This document shows positions 55,028 through 64,000 of a DNA stretch of 64,000 nt, piece after piece (position 1 is the first letter of the stretch; the number at the start of each line of letters is the position of its first letter). The DNA comes from Verrucomicrobiales bacterium (lineage in GTDB: Bacteria; Verrucomicrobiota; Verrucomicrobiia; Verrucomicrobiales; V1-33). Both the position numbers and the translations under genes were made by a program. Location of the stretch: NCBI GenBank assembly GCA_965229245.1, contig CBDDIW010000005.1, positions 334,618 to 398,617 on the forward strand, read 5' to 3'. Under the pieces are notes generated by a model, which saw nothing but the letters and a program-made list of their open reading frames with translations, made no database searches and was not told where the DNA came from.

Positions 55028-56329
55028 TTATTTTTTATCCGGGCGGAAGGCCCAGCCATCCTCCACGAATTCCGTGATCTCCACCTGATTCGCGGTCGCG
55101 CCGGTGGCGGGGTACCGCACGCGAATAACGGCATACGCACGATACAGGGACGCCGGAGGGGGCTGGAGCACGAGATGGGATCTGACAGCTTTATCCAGGT
55201 CCGTGTCTTTCGCGCAATAGCCGGAAATGATATGCGCGGAATTCACATCCCTCAGGAGATAACAATGATACTTTGAGGAATCCGTGAAGGCTCCATTGAA
55301 GTAATCAGTGCTCACGCTGTGCTCCATGACCACGCGCATGAGCACCGGCTCCGCGGGGCGTTTGGTCATCAGTTCATCCCAGGTCATCTCCCCGTATCCC
55401 GAGAAGGCCTCCCAGTCCACCAGGAAGGCGTCGTCCGTGCGCTCCAGGGTAATGGGAATCTGCTCGAAATTCGCCAGCGTCACATACAGGGTGACAAACG
55501 GGTCCTCCGCCTTGATGAGCAGATTCGTATCCAGCGGTTTGATCTCCAGAGGCCGCCACGGATTTCCCTCGTGGTAAAAGGCGCGGATCTTCGGCTCCAC
55601 CCGCTCCCGGTCCCGGGCCAGCTTCACCACTTCCTCCACGGAGGGAGCCCCGAGAAACCGGGCGATGGTGCCCCGCACCGCGGTGCTGTATTCATACATG
55701 CCCAGGGTCTGCACCCGCTGGACCGGACCCGTGGCGGGTGCCAGCGTGGAGCCCGGTTTGGGCGGTGGTCCCGCCACGGGGCGGGGATCCGCCGCGGGCT
55801 TGAAAAACTGCTTCCAGCCCAGCCAGCCCGCGCACCCGGCGAGGACGATAACAGCAAAGACGAGGCTGCGGACCACCCTGCTCCCCACCACCTCGCCCTC
55901 ACTCCGCCGCTTCCGGCGGCTGCTTCTCCGGCGTTCGGCCACTTCCGGATCGTCAAAATCCTCCTGGGTTTGCTCCTGCTTCCGGCGGCGCAGATTCACC
56001 CGCACCACGTCCGGCAGGTCCGGAGCGTCCGGCTGCATCTTCGGGGCGGCGGTGCTGGCCAGCCGTTCGCGGAAGGGAACCTCGCCGCCCGTCTGGCGCT
56101 TTCCGATTTCCCAATCGTCTTTGGCACGAAACACACTGTCATCCGGCATGCGACCCGAGGGAAGACGGCTCTGGACCTTGACCTCCCGGATGATGGGCGC
56201 GTTCTCCGGCACGGAGACCTTGGTCCGGCAAAACGGACAGACCACGCTGGAGGAGGCCATGGCGGGCGAGAGTTTGATCTCGCGGCGGCAGGCGCGGCAG
56301 GGGAAGACTAGCCACTCTATCGATTCCAT
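55028..56329 (-). CDS. Zinc-ribbon / single-TM protein with an uncharacterised extracytoplasmic domain
   Basis: Start set at ATG 56329. N-terminus is MESIEWLVFPCRACRREIKL...VVCPFCRTKV (CxxC...CxxC). TM helix VRSLVFAVIVLAGCAGWLGW. Confidence 0.6.
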   Translation of the reverse strand: MESIEWLVFPCRACRREIKLSPAMASSSVVCPFCRTKVSVPENAPIIREVKVQSRLPSGRMPDDSVFRAKDDWEIGKRQTGGEVPFRERLASTAAPKMQPDAPDLPDVVRVNLRRRKQEQTQEDFDDPEVAERRRSSRRKRRSEGEVVGSRVVRSLVFAVIVLAGCAGWLGWKQFFKPAADPRPVAGPPPKPGSTLAPATGPVQRVQTLGMYEYSTAVRGTIARFLGAPSVEEVVKLARDRERVEPKIRAFYHEGNPWRPLEIKPLDTNLLIKAEDPFVTLYVTLANFEQIPITLERTDDAFLVDWEAFSGYGEMTWDELMTKRPAEPVLMRVVMEHSVSTDYFNGAFTDSSKYHCYLLRDVNSAHIISGYCAKDTDLDKAVRSHLVLQPPPASLYRAYAVIRVRYPATGATANQVEITEFVEDGWAFRPDKK

Positions 56330-56399
56330 GGGAGGGTGGGGGGAAGAAGCGCCCCGATGGTGCAGGGACGGGATGGCTTTGCAAACAAAAAAGGCGCGC

Positions 56400-57290
56400 T
56401 CACAACGCCAGATGCCCCAGCGCCAGCAGGCCGTAGTAGGTGTATTCCACGTCCAGTTCATCCTCCGCCCAGTGCCCGTGGAACCCGCCCTCCGCGTTCC
56501 AGAGGGTATCGATATAGTCCAGCAGGGACTCCTTGTAAGCGGCGAAGGACACCTGCATGCCGTCCAGCGCGTGGAGGGCCACCGCCGTGGAGAGCAGATC
56601 CGGCAGCGGCGCGCCCGGCGCGGCGAGGAATCCCCCTCCGGGCGATTGTTGAGCCAGCAGCCAGGCGCCAGTTTCCCCGGGCGGGGTGCGCCGCAGGTGC
56701 CGGTGCAGAGCCACCGCCGCCGCCGTGGCGGGCACTGTTCCCTGGGGCATGCCTGGCTCGTTTCCAAAACCTCCTCCCGGCACCGCCAGGGCGCGCAGGC
56801 AATTCGTTAGCGTTTCACCCTCCGGAAGCGCTCCCTTTAAATCCTGGCGGGCCGCCCAGCCGAGTAGGCACCCGTAGGCCGTGCAGGACGCCGCGCCCTT
56901 TCGCTGATGATATCCTCCATCCGCGCTGCGCCACTCCTCCACCCGGGCCAGCATGGCTTCCCGAACCGTGGCGTCCAGCGTGGTCACCGTTCCCGGCACC
57001 GCCGACCAGCAGCGCGCCAGACAGCAGAGGTGGATGAAATCCAGCCCCGCGCCCTCACCGAAGCCCCGCAGCCACTCCGCGAACCGCGCCCAGTCCGGCT
57101 CCAGTTGCAGTGCCAGCAGCCCCTCCAGTCCGAAGACCGTGTAGTAAAGATCCGCCCGGCCCTCCCGGTCCGGAAAAGCCCCCGTCCCTAGCATCTGCCG
57201 GCGGAGAAAACCGCGCACCAGATCCGCCGCTTCCCCCAGCACCTGGGGGGCAAGCCGCGCCACCTGCAACATTTCCAGACGAAAGCTCAT
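56400..57290 (-). CDS. Prenyltransferase/squalene-oxidase repeat (alpha-alpha toroid) protein
   Basis: Repeats of the type GAFPDREGRADLYYTVFGLEGLLAL, ADGGYHQRKGAASCTAYGCL, PGGGFGNEPGMP, PGGGFLAAPGAPLPDLLSTAVALHAL, AEGGFHGHW. Start at ATG 57290. Confidence 0.7.
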   Translation of the reverse strand: MSFRLEMLQVARLAPQVLGEAADLVRGFLRRQMLGTGAFPDREGRADLYYTVFGLEGLLALQLEPDWARFAEWLRGFGEGAGLDFIHLCCLARCWSAVPGTVTTLDATVREAMLARVEEWRSADGGYHQRKGAASCTAYGCLLGWAARQDLKGALPEGETLTNCLRALAVPGGGFGNEPGMPQGTVPATAAAVALHRHLRRTPPGETGAWLLAQQSPGGGFLAAPGAPLPDLLSTAVALHALDGMQVSFAAYKESLLDYIDTLWNAEGGFHGHWAEDELDVEYTYYGLLALGHLAL

Positions 57291-57463
57291 GATCCCCGCA
57301 GCCGCCGCACCCAGCCCATGACGGAATCCTGGATCCGCCCCCACTCCTTCACGGCCCCCTCCTGAAACTGCCGCTGGCCCGGACCGTGCTCGAAATACAC
57401 GCTCCAGGAAAAAATGGCGGCCGCGTAGAGAAACAGCCAGATGAACCAACGGGGGATGTGCAT
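57287..57463 (-). CDS. Unlisted 58-aa membrane mini-protein, translationally coupled (ATGA overlap) to the prenyltransferase-repeat gene
   Basis: My own translation of the minus strand: MHIPRWFIWLFLYAAAIFSWSVYFEHGPGQRQFQEGAVKEWGRIQDSVMGWVRRLRGS*. It falls below the 60-aa cutoff of the ORF track. Its stop TGA overlaps the next gene's ATG. Confidence 0.35.
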   Translation of the reverse strand: MHIPRWFIWLFLYAAAIFSWSVYFEHGPGQRQFQEGAVKEWGRIQDSVMGWVRRLRGS

Positions 57464-57614
57464 GAATTGTCCGGGACCTTTACCCGGCTACCCCAATCAT
57501 ACACCCTCCCGGTGGTCCAGCGTGAAAAAAGACCGCGCGGAGAAAAGAAGTTCCGGGGCGTGCTCTCTTTCACGCCTCTTGAAGGGAGGACGTTCCCGGG
57601 ATACTCTGCGCGCC

Positions 57615-57866
57615 ATGAGCACTCTGTCTGAAATCGAGGAAGCCATCAAAGCCCTGCCCGCTGACCAGATCGCGGAATTGGCCTCCTGGCTCGACGACAT
57701 GCAGGAGGTCCACCTGGCACCGGATGCCCGGGCCCGGGAATGCCTTTCAGCTCAACCCGGAATCGCCCGCCAGAGGATGGAAGCGCTGGACGCGGGAGGT
57801 TCCCGGGAGATTCCGGGCAATGAGGCTCATTTGATAGTGCTGGGTCATCTAAAAGGCGACCGATGA
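57615..57866 (+). CDS. Putative addiction-module antitoxin component
   Basis: Start at ATG 57615. MSTLSEIEEAIKALPADQIAELASWLDD resembles the 'putative addiction module component' family N-terminus. 83 aa. Confidence 0.55.
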   Translation: MSTLSEIEEAIKALPADQIAELASWLDDMQEVHLAPDARARECLSAQPGIARQRMEALDAGGSREIPGNEAHLIVLGHLKGDR

Positions 57867-57901
57867 CCCATGGATTCGAACAGGGAGCACTGGAGGACTA
57901 A
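57863..57901 (+). pseudogene. 12-codon remnant of a RelE/ParE-like toxin gene (ATGA-coupled to the antitoxin)
   Basis: ATG at 57863 overlaps the antitoxin stop. It translates MTHGFEQGALED* and then stops. The F...A.ED pattern resembles ParE/RelE N-termini. There is no room for a full toxin before the next gene at 57956. Confidence 0.25.
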
Positions 57902-57955
57902 AGGTTACCCAGAAAATTCCACTAACGGAATCCTGGCGGAATTTGTTCCTCCGGT

Positions 57956-58660
57956 TCAACCAATGGAATACTCCGGGGATGTCTGCTCTTTCAACTGCTC
58001 CAGGGGTATAGCGTAGTTGTGTCCATCCGCGGTGAAGTAGATCAGACCGTCTTTGTAACCGGATAAACTGCTATGGTTCCGGGGAGGAATGGCCTCTCTT
58101 CGCGGCAGCACAGGATACCGCACCCGGCCGTCAGCTTCAAAAATGATGATCCGCTGGTTCCAGTAAGACTCCTCGGACACGATGAAGGCTCCACTGGCCA
58201 TGTCATATAAGACGCCCGCCCACTCCACCCGCCCCTTTCTTCCGATATCAGGGGTCGTTATGAGGCTCTCCGCCTCCACCGGCTGGTGTCCGGGAATGCC
58301 GGACAGACGGTAGCGTGAAGTCGTGCGGTATCCATGGCCGGCACTGTATTCCTGGCCGATCTTCAGTGTCAGTTTCCGTTCACCCGCTGTCAGAACCGTC
58401 ATCTGCCGGGAGAGGTTTTTGAATTCTCTCCATTTAAAGTCCGGCAGATAACCCGCGCCCACCTCATAGCGGCTATACTCGCGCTGGAAGCGCTCAATTC
58501 CGGACTTCTCAAAATCCCCTGTAGTGGTTCCTGCCTCAGTGTTGCTGGACGGCGGCGGCTCCGGAACCGGGGCAGGATGCGGTGCCTCCGCCACCGGTTT
58601 CCGGGCGTTGACGCAGGAAGCAAGAAAGACCGGGCAAAGGAGAAAAGAGCGGCGCAGCAT
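57956..58660 (-). CDS. Lipoprotein, hypothetical
   Basis: Start at ATG 58660. Lipobox MLRRSFLLCPVFLASC. 234 aa. Confidence 0.6.
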   Translation of the reverse strand: MLRRSFLLCPVFLASCVNARKPVAEAPHPAPVPEPPPSSNTEAGTTTGDFEKSGIERFQREYSRYEVGAGYLPDFKWREFKNLSRQMTVLTAGERKLTLKIGQEYSAGHGYRTTSRYRLSGIPGHQPVEAESLITTPDIGRKGRVEWAGVLYDMASGAFIVSEESYWNQRIIIFEADGRVRYPVLPRREAIPPRNHSSLSGYKDGLIYFTADGHNYAIPLEQLKEQTSPEYSIG

Positions 58661-58852
58661 GGAAACCGGCAGGGTGTCAGCTCTGGCGGGACCCGCAACC
58701 GGCGGCGTTGAGGGATGCCCGCGGCGCCATCGTGTTTTGATTGCCAGGGAAGTGGCTCGAAAACCCGGACGGGGCTCAAATCCGCCCGGGCCTCTTCGTT
58801 CACGGGGAACTTTCCTCTTTCCCCCCAAGCGGGCCTCCCTCTTGGTGAGGGC

Positions 58853-60262
58853 ATGCTCCGCAAGACCAAGATCATCGCCACTCTGGGACCCGCCACGCAA
58901 TCCGCGGAGGTATTGGACGCGCTCATCCGGGCGGGGGTGAATCTTTTCCGGCTGAACATGAGCCACGCTCCCGCCGCGTGGTGCCGGGAGGTGACGGCCC
59001 GGGTGCGGGCGGCGGCGGCGGGCGCGGGAACGGACGTGGCCGTGCTCATGGACATGCGGGGGCCCACCATCCGCACCGGGGATCTTCCGGCTTCGATCAT
59101 GCTCCAGCCGGGGGACACGGTGGAGTTCACCCTCAGTGACGCGCCAGCCACCCAGGGGATCTCCACGTCCGTCAATTACCCCGGCCTTTACCTGGATCTG
59201 AAAAAGGCGGACACCGTGCTGGTGGACAACGGCATCCTCCAGATGACCGTGCTGGAAACCTCGGCGGAGCGCGTGATCTGCCGCGTCATTACGGGCGGGG
59301 TGCTCGGCTCCCGCCGCCACATCAATCTGCCGGGTATCAAGGTGAACCTGCCGGCACTCACGCAAAAGGATTTCGATGACATCGTGCTGGCCACGGAGAT
59401 CGGTTGTGACTGGGTGGCCATGAGCTTTGTGCGGGACGCCTCGCACATTTACCAGCTCCGCCGGGAACTCCGGGCGCGGAACAGCGGCGCGCGGATCATG
59501 GCCAAGATCGAGGACCAGCAGGCGGTGGCGCATCTGGATGAGATTATCGAGGCCTCGGACGCCATCATGGTGGCGCGCGGAGACCTGGGGATCGAGGTCC
59601 ACATGGAGGAACTGCCGATCATCCAGCGCCGCATCGTGAGCCGCTGTCTGCACCGGGGAAAGCCCGTGGTGGTGGCCACGCACATGCTGGAGAGCATGAT
59701 CACGAATCCCGTGCCTACCCGCGCGGAGGTCACGGATGTGGCGAACGCCGTCTTTGAGGAGGCCGACGCCATCATGCTCAGCGGCGAGACCAGCACGGGA
59801 GCCTATCCCGTGCGTTGCGTGGAAGCCATGGACCGCATCGCGCGGCGCGTGGAATTGTCGGACAACACTCCCAGCATCGCGCGGCACGCCGCAGTCACGA
59901 ATGACAAGCAGCGGCTGGTGAAGGCCGCCGTGGACCTGGCGGACAGCATCGACGGCGCAAGCATCATCGTCTTTACCCAGCGCGGCGTGCTGGCGGGATA
60001 TGCCGCGTGGTTCCGCCCCCAGCGGGCACACGTATTCGCCTTCTGCCCGGATGCCTCCACCACGCGGGCCCTGCACCTGAACCGCGCGCTGAGCCCCTTC
60101 CATCTCGATTTCGACCCGAAGCAGCGGCAGGAGTCCATCACCAAAGCGGTGGAGGTGCTGAAGCAGAAACGCCTGGTGAAGGAGGGCTCGGCCCTGGTGA
60201 TCATCAGCGATGTGGTGGAGTCGGATTCCGCCATGGATTCCATCGTGGTGCGGCGCGTCTGA
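58853..60262 (+). CDS. pyk: Pyruvate kinase
   Basis: MLRKTKIIATLGPAT...GVNLFRLNMSHA...MAKIEDQQAV...IMVARGDLGIEV...ATHMLESM...TRAEVTDVANAV. Start at ATG 58853. Confidence 0.95.
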   Translation: MLRKTKIIATLGPATQSAEVLDALIRAGVNLFRLNMSHAPAAWCREVTARVRAAAAGAGTDVAVLMDMRGPTIRTGDLPASIMLQPGDTVEFTLSDAPATQGISTSVNYPGLYLDLKKADTVLVDNGILQMTVLETSAERVICRVITGGVLGSRRHINLPGIKVNLPALTQKDFDDIVLATEIGCDWVAMSFVRDASHIYQLRRELRARNSGARIMAKIEDQQAVAHLDEIIEASDAIMVARGDLGIEVHMEELPIIQRRIVSRCLHRGKPVVVATHMLESMITNPVPTRAEVTDVANAVFEEADAIMLSGETSTGAYPVRCVEAMDRIARRVELSDNTPSIARHAAVTNDKQRLVKAAVDLADSIDGASIIVFTQRGVLAGYAAWFRPQRAHVFAFCPDASTTRALHLNRALSPFHLDFDPKQRQESITKAVEVLKQKRLVKEGSALVIISDVVESDSAMDSIVVRRV

Positions 60263-60381
60263 GGCGGGGGAAAAGCCGCGGTTTCCCCCGGGCATTGTAC
60301 CCTTGCGCCCCTTGCGGTCGTGGGGAACGCTCGCCCTCCATTCCGGTCCGCGCTTGTGTCTGAGCGGGCCACGCAGCCTGC

Positions 60382-62691
60382 ATGAGCACCCCGACCCGAC
60401 CGGACAAGAAGCGTATTTCCACCAGTGATCTGATCTCCGCCACGCGGGGGCCATACCGCCGGTTGTTTTCGTTTCTCAAGCCTTATAAGAAGCGGTTTAT
60501 CACAGGCCTCGTGTGCGGGGCCATCTATGGCGGGCTGAACGGGCTGCTCATTTTCGCGGTGAACCGGGTCTTCGCGGAGGTGCTGCCCAACGATGGCGCG
60601 GAGGCGCGGAACAACACCACCATCGTGGAGGAATGGCACCCGTCCCGGGAACTGCCGGAACTGCGCGCCGCCATGGCGGCCCTGCCGGAGGAAAAGTGGG
60701 AGGCGGCGGTGCGTTCTTATTCCCAATTTCGCGAGACCCTGCATGACCGGTCCGTCCAGCCGCTGAAGGAAGGCGAGACCGATCCCCTCGCCGCCACCGC
60801 GCCGGACCCGAATCTCCCGGAGGAATTCCGCCTCTGCCTGGAAGGGGAGCGCGCGCTGGTCAGCAAGGGGCTGGAAAAGGGGGATGCGGTCAAAATTCCC
60901 GGAGTCTATCCCGCGCATATTGAAGAGGCCCGGGACCGCTGGGAAAAGATCCTGAGGCTGCCGGAGGACCAGCGCCGCCACCGCACGCTGTGGGCCCGGT
61001 TTCTCCTGGCCTCCACGGAATCCAAAAAGACCGAGAAGGCGGAGCAGCTCACCGCCCTGGAAAAGGACGCCGCCTCCGGACAGTACACGGATGTGCTGGA
61101 TCTCGCGGGCGCGGCTCCGAAGATGAAGCCGCTCCTCACCATCATCCTCCTCTGTCTCTCCATCCCGCTCATGATGCTCACGCGGGCGCTCTTCGGGTTT
61201 TTCAATGCCTACTGCCTCACGTGGGTGAGCCTGCGGGTGCTGAATGACATCCGGGGAAAACTCTTCCAGCGCATCCTGGGGCAGTCTCTGGAGTTCTTCA
61301 ACAAACAGAAGTCCGGCGATCTCATGCAGACCATTCTGTTTCAGACGCGCACCGCCCAGGAGTCCCTTTCGCAGGTGGCGGCGGACATCGTGAAGGAGCC
61401 GGTATCCATCATCGGGGCGCTCATCGCGTTGTTTTATATCGACCCGAAATTCACTCTCATGGCGTTCATCCTTTTCCCCCTGCTCATCGTGCCGGTGACC
61501 ACGGTGGGGAAACGGGTGCGGCGTCTGGCGGGCGCGGAGGAGCGGGAGGCGGGGAATATGAGCGTCATCATGCAGGAGGCCCTCATCGGCATCCGGGAGG
61601 TGAAGTCCTACAATCGCGAGGGGTATGAGACCGACCGCTTCCGCAAGGCGAACTGGAGCATGCTGGCGAACATGCAGAAGTGGCGGCGGATGATGGAGGC
61701 GGTGGGCCCCTCCGTGGAGGTCATGGCCTCCCTGGGTGTGGCGGGCGCGCTGGTGTATGTGTGGAGCCAGGGCATGCCGGCGGCGAAATTCATCGCGCTC
61801 AATGGCGGCCTTGTCCTGCTCTATCCCCCGGCGAAGTCCCTGAGCCGCATCCCCGTGATGCTGCAACGCTGCCTCGTCTCCACGACAAATGTTTTCGAGC
61901 TCATGGACCGCGAGGTGCGGGTGAAGGACGCTCCGGACGCGAAGGCCCTGGCCGCTCCCGCGGAGGGACGCCTTACTTTTGAAAACGCCACCTTTGCTTA
62001 CACGGAGGACGCCCCTGCCCTGCGCGGCATGACACTGGATATCGCCGCGCATGAGTCCGTGGCCTTCGTGGGCCGCAGCGGCGCCGGGAAGAGCACCGTC
62101 TTCAGTCTTCTGCTCCGGCTTTACGATCCCCAGGAGGGCCGCATTCTCCTGGACGGCAAGGACATCCGGAGCCTCACGCAGGAGTCCCTGCGCGCGCAGA
62201 TTGGCGTGGTGAGCCAGGACGTATTCCTCTTCCACGACACCATCTATGAGAACATCCGCTACGGGCGTCTGGATGCCACGGAGGCGGAGATCCATGAGGC
62301 GGCAAAGCGGGCGCACGCGCACGATTTCATCCTCGCCCAGGCGGACGGCTACCAGACGGTGATCGGGGACAAGGGCAGCCTGCTCAGCGGCGGCCAGCGG
62401 CAACGGATTTCCATCGCCCGGGCATTCCTGAAGAACGCACCCATCCTGCTGCTGGACGAGGCCATGAGCGCGCTGGACACCGAAGCCGAGCGCCACGTGC
62501 AGGAAGCCATAGGCGATCTCTCGGAAGGCAAGACCGTGCTCGCCATCGCCCACCGCCTGAGCACCATCATCCGCAGTGACAAGATCGTGGTCATGCAGGA
62601 CGGCGTGGTCACCGCCACCGGGAAACACGAGGAACTGCTGGAGACCAGCGATCTCTACCGCTCGCTCTACACCATGCAGTTCCACGCGTAG
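60382..62691 (+). CDS. ABC exporter, fused permease/ATPase (MsbA-like), with a ~180-aa insertion between TM1 and TM2
   Basis: Walker A GRSGAGKST, signature LSGGQRQRISIARA, Walker B ILLLDEAMSALD. Six-helix exporter TMD. Insertion at aa ~69-247. Confidence 0.9.
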   Translation: MSTPTRPDKKRISTSDLISATRGPYRRLFSFLKPYKKRFITGLVCGAIYGGLNGLLIFAVNRVFAEVLPNDGAEARNNTTIVEEWHPSRELPELRAAMAALPEEKWEAAVRSYSQFRETLHDRSVQPLKEGETDPLAATAPDPNLPEEFRLCLEGERALVSKGLEKGDAVKIPGVYPAHIEEARDRWEKILRLPEDQRRHRTLWARFLLASTESKKTEKAEQLTALEKDAASGQYTDVLDLAGAAPKMKPLLTIILLCLSIPLMMLTRALFGFFNAYCLTWVSLRVLNDIRGKLFQRILGQSLEFFNKQKSGDLMQTILFQTRTAQESLSQVAADIVKEPVSIIGALIALFYIDPKFTLMAFILFPLLIVPVTTVGKRVRRLAGAEEREAGNMSVIMQEALIGIREVKSYNREGYETDRFRKANWSMLANMQKWRRMMEAVGPSVEVMASLGVAGALVYVWSQGMPAAKFIALNGGLVLLYPPAKSLSRIPVMLQRCLVSTTNVFELMDREVRVKDAPDAKALAAPAEGRLTFENATFAYTEDAPALRGMTLDIAAHESVAFVGRSGAGKSTVFSLLLRLYDPQEGRILLDGKDIRSLTQESLRAQIGVVSQDVFLFHDTIYENIRYGRLDATEAEIHEAAKRAHAHDFILAQADGYQTVIGDKGSLLSGGQRQRISIARAFLKNAPILLLDEAMSALDTEAERHVQEAIGDLSEGKTVLAIAHRLSTIIRSDKIVVMQDGVVTATGKHEELLETSDLYRSLYTMQFHA

Positions 62692-62782
62692 GGAAACCGC
62701 GTGTAAAGGCCGCCTCCGGCAAAAGCGGACACGCGGAGACGGATTCGACAGCGCACGCGTTCCGGGGCATGGGGTCGGGAAT

Positions 62783-63520
62783 ATGAGATCACCGTGGACC
62801 TTCACTCTTCGCGCTCTGGCCGTCGCGACGGCTTCGTTTTTGCTCACCCCGGCGGCGGGAGCCCAGGAGACCAAACCGGCCCCGGCGGCAAAACCGGTGG
62901 ATCCGTTTGCCAAATGGGAGAGTGAGATCGCGGGAATCGAGGCGCGGGATAAAAAGAGTCCTCCGCCCCAGGGGGAACTGCTTTTCATCGGCTCCTCCAC
63001 CATCCGCATGTGGAAGTCGCTCCCGGCGGATTTCCCGGAGCACAAAGTGATCAATCACGGCTTCGGCGGATCGGAGATCGCGGATGCCACGCATTTCGCG
63101 GACCGGCTCGTTTTTCCGGTGGCCCCCAGGATTATTTATCTACGCTCCGGCACAAACGACATCCACAATGGGAAATCCCCCGCGCAGGTGTTCGAGGATT
63201 ATAAGAAGTTCACGGAAACCGTGTGGGCGAAGCTGCCGGAGACGGAGATCGTCTTCCTGGGCTTGGCCCCCACCATCCAGCGCATCAAGGAGGTGGATAA
63301 GGGGAATGAACTCATGCGGCTGGTCAAAGAATACACGGCGAAAAACCCGAAGCTGAAGGTGGTGGACACCGCCGACAGCACCGTGGGCCCGGACGGCAAG
63401 CCGCGCGCGGACCTGTTCATCGCGGACGGCCTGCACTTCAATGACGCGGGATATAAGATCCTCGCGGAACGGGTGCGCCCTTTCCTGCCTCCGGTAAAGA
63501 AGGCCCCGGCGAAGGAGTAG
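62783..63520 (+). CDS. SGNH/GDSL-family hydrolase (secreted)
   Basis: Signal peptide. Block I LLFIGSSTIRMW, block II GFGGSEI, block III SGTNDI, block V DGLHFNDAGY. Start at ATG 62783. Confidence 0.8.
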   Translation: MRSPWTFTLRALAVATASFLLTPAAGAQETKPAPAAKPVDPFAKWESEIAGIEARDKKSPPPQGELLFIGSSTIRMWKSLPADFPEHKVINHGFGGSEIADATHFADRLVFPVAPRIIYLRSGTNDIHNGKSPAQVFEDYKKFTETVWAKLPETEIVFLGLAPTIQRIKEVDKGNELMRLVKEYTAKNPKLKVVDTADSTVGPDGKPRADLFIADGLHFNDAGYKILAERVRPFLPPVKKAPAKE

Positions 63521-63524
63521 ACAG

Positions 63525-64000
63525 TCAGGAAAGGAACACGCCTCCCGGTCCAAGACACGCTGGCTGCTCCACCGCTTCCCGCAGACCGGGGAAAAACACC
63601 CGGAAGTCCGCCCGGAACGCCTCATAATGTTCCTCCAATGCGGGCATGGCCAGCGTGAGATCCACCGGCCTCCGGAAACGGCGGCTCATGCGGCGGAGCG
63701 TGGTCGAAATCCCCTGGAGGCTCCCGTAAGAGCCCAGCCAGTCCTGTTCCCGCATCCGGGCCAGCACGGGCCGGGCCTCCTCCGGAATATGCCGGGCATG
63801 GGAATCGAAGGAGCCATACACCTCCGCGATGAGTTCCGGCAGAGGCACATCCGAGAAATGCTCCCAGTCCGTCGAAAGGAAGTGGTCGAAAAACACATCC
63901 GTGAGAATGGCGGCGAAGCGGCGCATGGGAGGCTGGAACCGGACGAAGCCCGCGCGGACCAGCGGATGGGTGTCCGTCCAGGCATCGATGCGGTAATGCC
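63525..64000 (-). CDS. acpH: Acyl carrier protein phosphodiesterase (N-terminus outside window)
   Basis: The reading frame stays open to the window edge (…HYRIDAWTDTHPLVRAGFVRFQPPMRRFAAILTDVFFDHFL…WLGSYGSLQGI…), matching the AcpH family pattern. Confidence 0.7.
   Translation of the reverse strand, partial: HYRIDAWTDTHPLVRAGFVRFQPPMRRFAAILTDVFFDHFLSTDWEHFSDVPLPELIAEVYGSFDSHARHIPEEARPVLARMREQDWLGSYGSLQGISTTLRRMSRRFRRPVDLTLAMPALEEHYEAFRADFRVFFPGLREAVEQPACLGPGGVFLS

Noticed and set aside
57868-57886. The minus strand reads CCCTGTTCGAATCCATGGG, containing the tRNA T-loop-like GTTCGAATCC. This could be a tRNA or a tRNA-3'-end attachment-site remnant.
   Set aside because: The flanks do not form a 5-bp T-stem (only 3 bp pair). 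No acceptor or anticodon arms or CCA context can be drawn. No integrase or other mobile-element gene is nearby.

Overview
GC-rich chromosomal segment (over 60% GC judged by eye). The gene content points to a Verrucomicrobiota/PVC-type bacterium, which is an inference: a DUF1549/DUF1553 protein, a membrane-bound-dehydrogenase/HEAT protein, delta-60-repeat and choice-of-anchor-D giant exoproteins, and a TAT-signal TIM-barrel isomerase. Housekeeping genes: rpoC 3' end, a lone sdhB-like Fe-S subunit, a GH13+amylo-1,6-glucosidase fusion, HIT, family-4 UDG, PfkB kinase, tcdA, khpA, rpsP, argC, folB, an ECF sigma/anti-sigma pair, an M48 protease, pyk, an MsbA-like ABC exporter, an SGNH hydrolase and acpH. 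Three accessory regions stand out. (1) An 11-kb, seven-gene same-strand operon (7488-18463) encodes only the type VI secretion membrane-complex and adaptor genes tssK-tssL-tssM-tagF-tssA. It is led by an unusual STAS-TM-Ig-OmpA protein and an unknown 330-aa protein. No sheath, tube, spike, baseplate-wedge, ClpV or TssJ gene is visible anywhere in the window. (2) A three-gene surface-protein operon on the minus strand (36746-44555) encodes a dockerin-bearing 1.6k-aa giant, a Kelch/glycine-rich protein and a cohesin-like protein. Directly upstream, a 241-bp AT-rich segment is bracketed by perfect 22-bp inverted repeats, with a third repeat copy nearby. This is my top candidate: a possible invertible phase-variation promoter. 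(3) A ~150-nt near-perfect extended palindrome lies in the 500-bp non-coding gap upstream of rpsP. I found no rRNA, tRNA, CRISPR array, transposase or integrase. Many long ORFs in the track are antisense shadows of real genes, as is typical of high-GC DNA. All homology calls are made by eye from motifs; no database search was run.
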